Assembly: GCA_050015395.1 (NCBI GenBank)
Contig: JBEKBM010000016.1
Location: 1 to 64,000 of the forward strand
Source: Candidatus Bathyarchaeia archaeon
GTDB lineage: Archaea > Thermoproteota > Bathyarchaeia > Bathyarchaeales > Bathycorpusculaceae
Reading direction: 5' to 3'
DNA length: 64,000 nt
The notes beneath the pieces were generated by a model that was given only the letters and a program-made list of their open reading frames with translations, made no database searches and was not told the origin of the DNA. The position numbers and the translations under genes were made by a program. Shown piece after piece: positions 59,693 to 64,000 of the stretch. Every line of letters starts with the position of its first letter. The stretch's first letter is position 1.

Positions 59693-60091
59693 GTGAGAGA
59701 GGTTGTGGATACCAGATTCCTCATGGAGTATTTTTATTCAGATGAAGCTGATGTAAAGCAAAGAGCGTCAAGGAAAATTAAGGAACTTGTTTTGCACAAA
59801 GAAGGCATACTTCCAACGATAGTCATTGGTGAAACCATCCAGAATGTTTGCCAAAACATCGGAAAAGATGAAGCAGAAATTTGCTTTGCGCGGCTTATGA
59901 AAAGTGCGCTTAAGATTGAAGACTTAACTGCTGAAATAGCCAAGCAGGCGGGGTTTCTAAAAAGTAAACACCGAGATATCCCGATCGGTGACTGTATAAT
60001 TGCCGCCACAGCAATAGCAAACCGGGCAGGAATAGTCTCTGACGACCCGCATTTCGACGGAATACCGGAAACAAAAAGAACTTGGATATAG
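59693..60091 (+). CDS. PIN-domain (VapC) toxin
   Basis: VVDTRFL, VIGE, IGDCIIAATA, IVSDDPHF. Confidence 0.88.
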   Translation: MREVVDTRFLMEYFYSDEADVKQRASRKIKELVLHKEGILPTIVIGETIQNVCQNIGKDEAEICFARLMKSALKIEDLTAEIAKQAGFLKSKHRDIPIGDCIIAATAIANRAGIVSDDPHFDGIPETKRTWI

Positions 60092-60113
60092 CGCTAAGGG
60101 AAAGAGCGTTAGG

Positions 60114-60329
60114 TTGGATAGGATAATGATAGACCCAGAAGTTCTGTCTGAGAAACCAGTTATTAAAGGAACCCGCATTCCTGTTTATCTTATCATCGAA
60201 CTTTTAGCTAGGGGCATGACGGAAAAAGAAATACTAAGGCAATATCCCACTCTAAGGAAAGAAGACATCAAAGCTGCGCTCCTTTATGCTTCTAATTGCA
60301 TAGAGAATGAAGAAACAATAGTGATCTGA
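60114..60329 (+). CDS. DUF433 family antitoxin-like protein
   Basis: DPEV...KPVIKGTRIPV..I..LL..G....EIL.QYPTL..EDIKAALLYA. Confidence 0.9.
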   Translation: MDRIMIDPEVLSEKPVIKGTRIPVYLIIELLARGMTEKEILRQYPTLRKEDIKAALLYASNCIENEETIVI

Positions 60330-60500
60330 GAGCTGCAACTTTTGATCAAGATGATAGTGGCGCGCTAAGAAGCGGTTGCATGAAGTTGGCGGTTGCGTGT
60401 TTTTTGAATTTGTTAAATTTTTATAAGCGAGTAGATTATCGGGATACTATGAGATGTTTAGTGTCGTCCTTTGTAAGATTTTTGTTTGGTGTTTAGGTGT

Positions 60501-60800
60501 ATGGCTGGAAGAACTTTGGATGAAATAAGAGAGGAGCTTCAACTGTTAAAGCCTACGCTTAAGAAACGGTTTAAAGTGGAGTTTTTGGAGATTTTTGGGT
60601 CATACATTCGTGGTGAACAAACAGAAAAGAGTGATGTTGATGTGCTCGTTACTTTTAGGGCGCCTTATAGCTTGTGGGAGCTTATAGATGCTGAGAGGTT
60701 TCTGAGACGGAAGCTTCACGTGAAAGTTGATTTAGTGCCGAAGGATAGCGTAAAATCAGCGTTGAAAGATCGAATCTTGAGTGAAGCTGTAGCGGTATGA
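60501..60800 (+). CDS. Minimal nucleotidyltransferase (MNT) 1
   Basis: IFGSYIRGEQ...SDVDVLV...KVDLV. Confidence 0.88.
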   Translation: MAGRTLDEIREELQLLKPTLKKRFKVEFLEIFGSYIRGEQTEKSDVDVLVTFRAPYSLWELIDAERFLRRKLHVKVDLVPKDSVKSALKDRILSEAVAV

Positions 60801-60822
60801 AAGGTACGTTGGTTTTACGTGT

Positions 60823-61098
60823 TTGAGGATTAGGTGGAGCAGTCATGTCGAAGATAAGATTGCGAAGGAACTTTCCAAGTTAGGGGTTACCAAGGATTTG
60901 CTGGAGGAAATAGTGAAAGTACCTGATGAGGTTTTGTATGATTCTGTTAGCGGGCGGTATGTTGCTTCAAAGTTGAAGTGTAATGTTGCGGTTATTTATG
61001 AGCGGGATGTTGAGGATATGTTTATTATAACCGCAATCTATAGCAGTAAGCTTGATGATGTTATCCTTAGAAGGAAGCGTTCGGGGAGATGGATTTGA
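60823..61098 (+). CDS. Putative RelE-like/DUF4258-like toxin partner of DUF2283
   Basis: IRWSSH...PDEV.YD...VAVIYE....FIITA...RR.RSGRW; overlaps the DUF2283 gene. Confidence 0.6.
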   Translation: MRIRWSSHVEDKIAKELSKLGVTKDLLEEIVKVPDEVLYDSVSGRYVASKLKCNVAVIYERDVEDMFIITAIYSSKLDDVILRRKRSGRWI

Positions 61099-61328
61099 TT
61101 ATAAAGTACGATTCTGCTGCTGATGTTTTCGTCGTTAAAGTTCGGGAGGGCGCGTTGGTTAATGAAGAGTTGCTTGATAGCGATGTTGTCTTGGGTTACG
61201 ACCGAAAAGGCAAAGTTGTTTCTGTGGAGATACTTGACGCGTCCAAAAAGGGGCTCCTCTCCGCATTCCTAGAGCTGGCGAAGTCGAATAAGGATACAGC
61301 TAAGCTTCTGCTTTCCAAGATATATTGA
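61089..61328 (+). CDS. DUF2283 family protein
   Basis: KYDSAADV...DVVLGYDRKGKVVSVEILDASK. Confidence 0.85.
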   Translation: MDLIIKYDSAADVFVVKVREGALVNEELLDSDVVLGYDRKGKVVSVEILDASKKGLLSAFLELAKSNKDTAKLLLSKIY

Positions 61329-61378
61329 AATGAACTTTATGCATTTGAGTTTTGCATATGCCCAGGCGCTTTAAGTGT

Positions 61379-61678
61379 ATGGTTGCAAGAACTCTGGATG
61401 AAATAAGAGAGGAGCTTCAACTGTTAAAGCCTACGCTTAAGAAACGGTTTAAAGTGGAGACTATAGACATCTTTGGTTCTTATGCGCGCGGTGCACAGGG
61501 TGAAGAGAGCGACATTGATATTTTAGTGACTTATTCGCAGATGGTGAGTTTTTTCACAGTGTATGATCTTAAAAACTATTTGCAACGAAAACTCCGCGTT
61601 AAAGTTGACGTTATTTCGAAGAAATTTCTTAATCCTTACATTAAGGATCGAGTACTGCGGGAAGCCGTACCAGTATGA
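61379..61678 (+). CDS. Minimal nucleotidyltransferase (MNT) 2
   Basis: IFGSYARG.Q...SDIDILV...KVDVIS. Confidence 0.88.
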   Translation: MVARTLDEIREELQLLKPTLKKRFKVETIDIFGSYARGAQGEESDIDILVTYSQMVSFFTVYDLKNYLQRKLRVKVDVISKKFLNPYIKDRVLREAVPV

Positions 61679-61821
61679 GCATGTTCGATGTATTAAGAGC
61701 TTCCAATACTTTTTTCCTAACCAGAAAATTGCCTGTGCCTACACAAAGTTTGCTTTGCAGACGCTGCCTAAAACCTTGGGAATTTCATAATCTTCCGAAC
61801 TTTTTTTGAGGGCACGTAGCT

Positions 61822-62784
61822 TTGGTTGAACTTGAAGATACTCGGAAATTATTAGGTAGGTTAGCGGTTAATGGAAACAATCTGCTTGTGGTTGCTGGTA
61901 TTCCAGCTTACAATGAAGAGAAGACCATTGCCCGGGTTGTCTTGGGGGCTCAGAACCATGCGCACATTGTTGTTGTCTGTGACGACGGTTCATCTGATTT
62001 AACTGGTGAAATTGCTGAGCGGCTTGGCGCAGTGGTTGTTCGTCATGAGCGAAATCTTGGTTATGGTGCTGCTTTGCAGAGTTTGTTTAAGCGGGCGCGC
62101 GAATTAAAAGCCGATGTACTAGTTACTTTAGATGGAGATGGACAGCATGATCCTGCTGAGATTCCACGGCTAGTAAAGCCCATTGAAGACGGCGTTGCAG
62201 AGGTTGTTTTTGGCAGTAGATTCATGGATAAAAATGGGTCTGTCGAGATGCCTGCGTATAGGCAGTTTGGTGTGAAGGTTATCACAAAGTTAAGTAATGG
62301 CTCGGGTAAAAACGGCGTGAGCGACGCTCAAAGCGGCTTTAGAGCCTACAGCAAACTTGCCATGGAGCAGCTGGGAGCCATTTCTGAGAACGGTATGAGT
62401 GCCAGCATCGAAATTCTCCGAGCAGTCCATAAAAGTGGCTTAAAAGTCTGCGAGGTTCCTATCTCCTGCAAATATGGCGACAACGTAGGCGCGGAAACTT
62501 CGACTAAGCATCCGCTTGCACATGGAATATCTCTCATAATGTCTATTGTCAGACTTGTAGTCGAAGACCGACCCCTAATCTTTCTCGGAATACCTGGCAT
62601 AATATCTTTAGCTGCGGGTACTTTGTTTGGCGTTTGGATGATGGACCTATACGTGGCTGAGGGTCGAATAGTCACTAATGTTGCTTTGGCATCTATAGGC
62701 TTCTTGCTACTAGGCTGCTTCATGGTCTCGACAGCTATAACATTATATGCAATAACTCGGTTATCAAGTAAAGTTAAACATTAA
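61822..62784 (+). CDS. GT2 glycosyltransferase (DPM1-like) with two C-terminal TM helices
   Basis: IPAYNEE, DDGSSD, NLGYG, LDGDGQH, GSRF, DAQSGFRAY. Confidence 0.9.
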   Translation: MVELEDTRKLLGRLAVNGNNLLVVAGIPAYNEEKTIARVVLGAQNHAHIVVVCDDGSSDLTGEIAERLGAVVVRHERNLGYGAALQSLFKRARELKADVLVTLDGDGQHDPAEIPRLVKPIEDGVAEVVFGSRFMDKNGSVEMPAYRQFGVKVITKLSNGSGKNGVSDAQSGFRAYSKLAMEQLGAISENGMSASIEILRAVHKSGLKVCEVPISCKYGDNVGAETSTKHPLAHGISLIMSIVRLVVEDRPLIFLGIPGIISLAAGTLFGVWMMDLYVAEGRIVTNVALASIGFLLLGCFMVSTAITLYAITRLSSKVKH

Positions 62785-62805
62785 ATGAGTAAACGAGGTT
62801 TAACC

Positions 62806-63732
62806 ATGAGCAAAAAAGTGTTAGTCACAGGCGGATTGGGCTTCATTGGCTCAAATCTAGTTCGAGAGCTAAAAAACCGTGGATATGAAACGTGGACTTG
62901 CGACCTAATGCATTCTTGGCAACCAAACTATGTTCGCTGTGACGTGAGCAAATTCAGCCAAGTTGAGCGATTGTTTACGGAGAACGATTTTGATTACGTA
63001 TATCATGCTGCAGCAGAGTATGGCAGATGGAACGGCGAAGACTACTACGAAAATCTCTGGCAAACAAACGCTGTAGGCACCAAAAATATTCTCCGAGTTC
63101 AGGAGAAGAAGAAGTTCCGAATGATATTCTTTGGGAGCGCCGAAGTGTACGGCGACTACGACGGCGTTATGCGGGAAGACGTAATGGACACTATTCCGAT
63201 TAAGCAGATGAATGACTATGCCATATCCAAGTGGGTCAACGAAATGCAGATACTCAACTCCGCCGCGATGTTCCAGACAGAATCGGTTCGCGTCAGACTG
63301 TTCAACGTTTACGGTGTCGGAGAGCACTACACGCCCTACCGTGGCTGGATACCCAAATTCATCTACAAAGCAATGAACGACGAATCCTACACCGTTTACT
63401 TAGGACACAAACGCACGCTCGAATATGTCGAAGACCTCTGTAGAACCCTTGCCAACATAACCAGCAACTTCAAGCCAGGCGAAATCTACAACCTTGGCGG
63501 AGACACACAGTACGACATCAAGTACGTCTCTGACCAAATTTTGAAGAACCTGAACAAAGATGACTCCAAAGTTAGCTACAAAGAAGCTGAACCCTTCACC
63601 ACAAAAATCAAAACCCCCGATGCATCGAAAGCGAAAAGAGACTTGGATTTCAAATTGACGATTTCCGCTGAAGAAGGCATCCGAAGAACAGTTGCATGGT
63701 TCAAGGAACTTTACGGCAAACAAGAAGCTTAA
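62806..63732 (+). CDS. NAD-dependent epimerase/dehydratase
   Basis: TGGLGFIG, HAAA, YAISK, RLFNVYG. Confidence 0.9.
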   Translation: MSKKVLVTGGLGFIGSNLVRELKNRGYETWTCDLMHSWQPNYVRCDVSKFSQVERLFTENDFDYVYHAAAEYGRWNGEDYYENLWQTNAVGTKNILRVQEKKKFRMIFFGSAEVYGDYDGVMREDVMDTIPIKQMNDYAISKWVNEMQILNSAAMFQTESVRVRLFNVYGVGEHYTPYRGWIPKFIYKAMNDESYTVYLGHKRTLEYVEDLCRTLANITSNFKPGEIYNLGGDTQYDIKYVSDQILKNLNKDDSKVSYKEAEPFTTKIKTPDASKAKRDLDFKLTISAEEGIRRTVAWFKELYGKQEA

Positions 63733-63748
63733 CAAGGAGAATGACCGC

Positions 63749-64000
63749 GTGAAGAAAGAAGTTTATGGCGCGTTTGATGGCAAAACGGTGCTTGTGACGG
63801 GTGGCGCAGGAGCAATCGGGTCAAACCTCGTCAAAACCCTAAGCCAACTGGAAACAAAGAAAATCATTATCTTGGATGATCTATCCTCATCTTATGAGTG
63901 GAACATTCCTGTAAATTCTAAGGTTGCTTTCATCAAAGGCAGCGTTCTTGACGATGAAAAGCTCAAGTGGGCGTTCAAAGAAAAGCCCCAAATAGTTTAC
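63749..64000 (+). CDS. NAD-dependent epimerase/dehydratase, 5' part (runs off the window)
   Basis: GTG start after AGGAG; VLVTGGAGAIGSNLV...ILDDLSS. Confidence 0.82.
   Translation, partial: MKKEVYGAFDGKTVLVTGGAGAIGSNLVKTLSQLETKKIIILDDLSSSYEWNIPVNSKVAFIKGSVLDDEKLKWAFKEKPQIVY

Overview
Archaeal chromosomal window, most likely Bathyarchaeia/TACK. This is inferred from PurP, Rpl14e, a BHB intron in cbf5, a D-loop tRNA intron, Mvh/Hdr genes and frequent TTG starts. Left to right: a purine cluster (purE, purC, two purP paralogs); a ~21 kb redox region (hdrCB-mvhG-mvhA, a complete hoxEFUYH NAD-linked [NiFe] hydrogenase, then a second cluster with split hdrA, mvhD, fused 1006-aa hdrA, mvhD, hdrCB, mvhG); an IS1182 remnant, acyl-CoA ligase/GNAT and paaK; an accessory/defence island (archaeal ATPase between copies of a novel ~125-bp repeat, GHKL ATPase plus YhcG-N-like gene, MTase plus PmeII-like REase) ending at an atypical tRNA-Thr(UGU). 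Next come cbf5 interrupted by a 24-nt BHB intron in the catalytic Asp codon, rpl14e, intron-containing tRNA-Leu(UAA) followed by two tandem single-gene cassettes bounded by tRNA 3'-end copies, tRNA-Arg(CCU), a complete Pol-Ku-Lig/PE NHEJ operon, and a glycosylation locus interrupted by a toxin-antitoxin array. Recurring themes: small gene cassettes bounded by short duplications with no integrase in the window, many orphan antitoxins, and three genes whose conserved N-termini imply non-canonical starts (GTA, GTT, CTG). All protein assignments are from motif recognition by eye; no searches were run.
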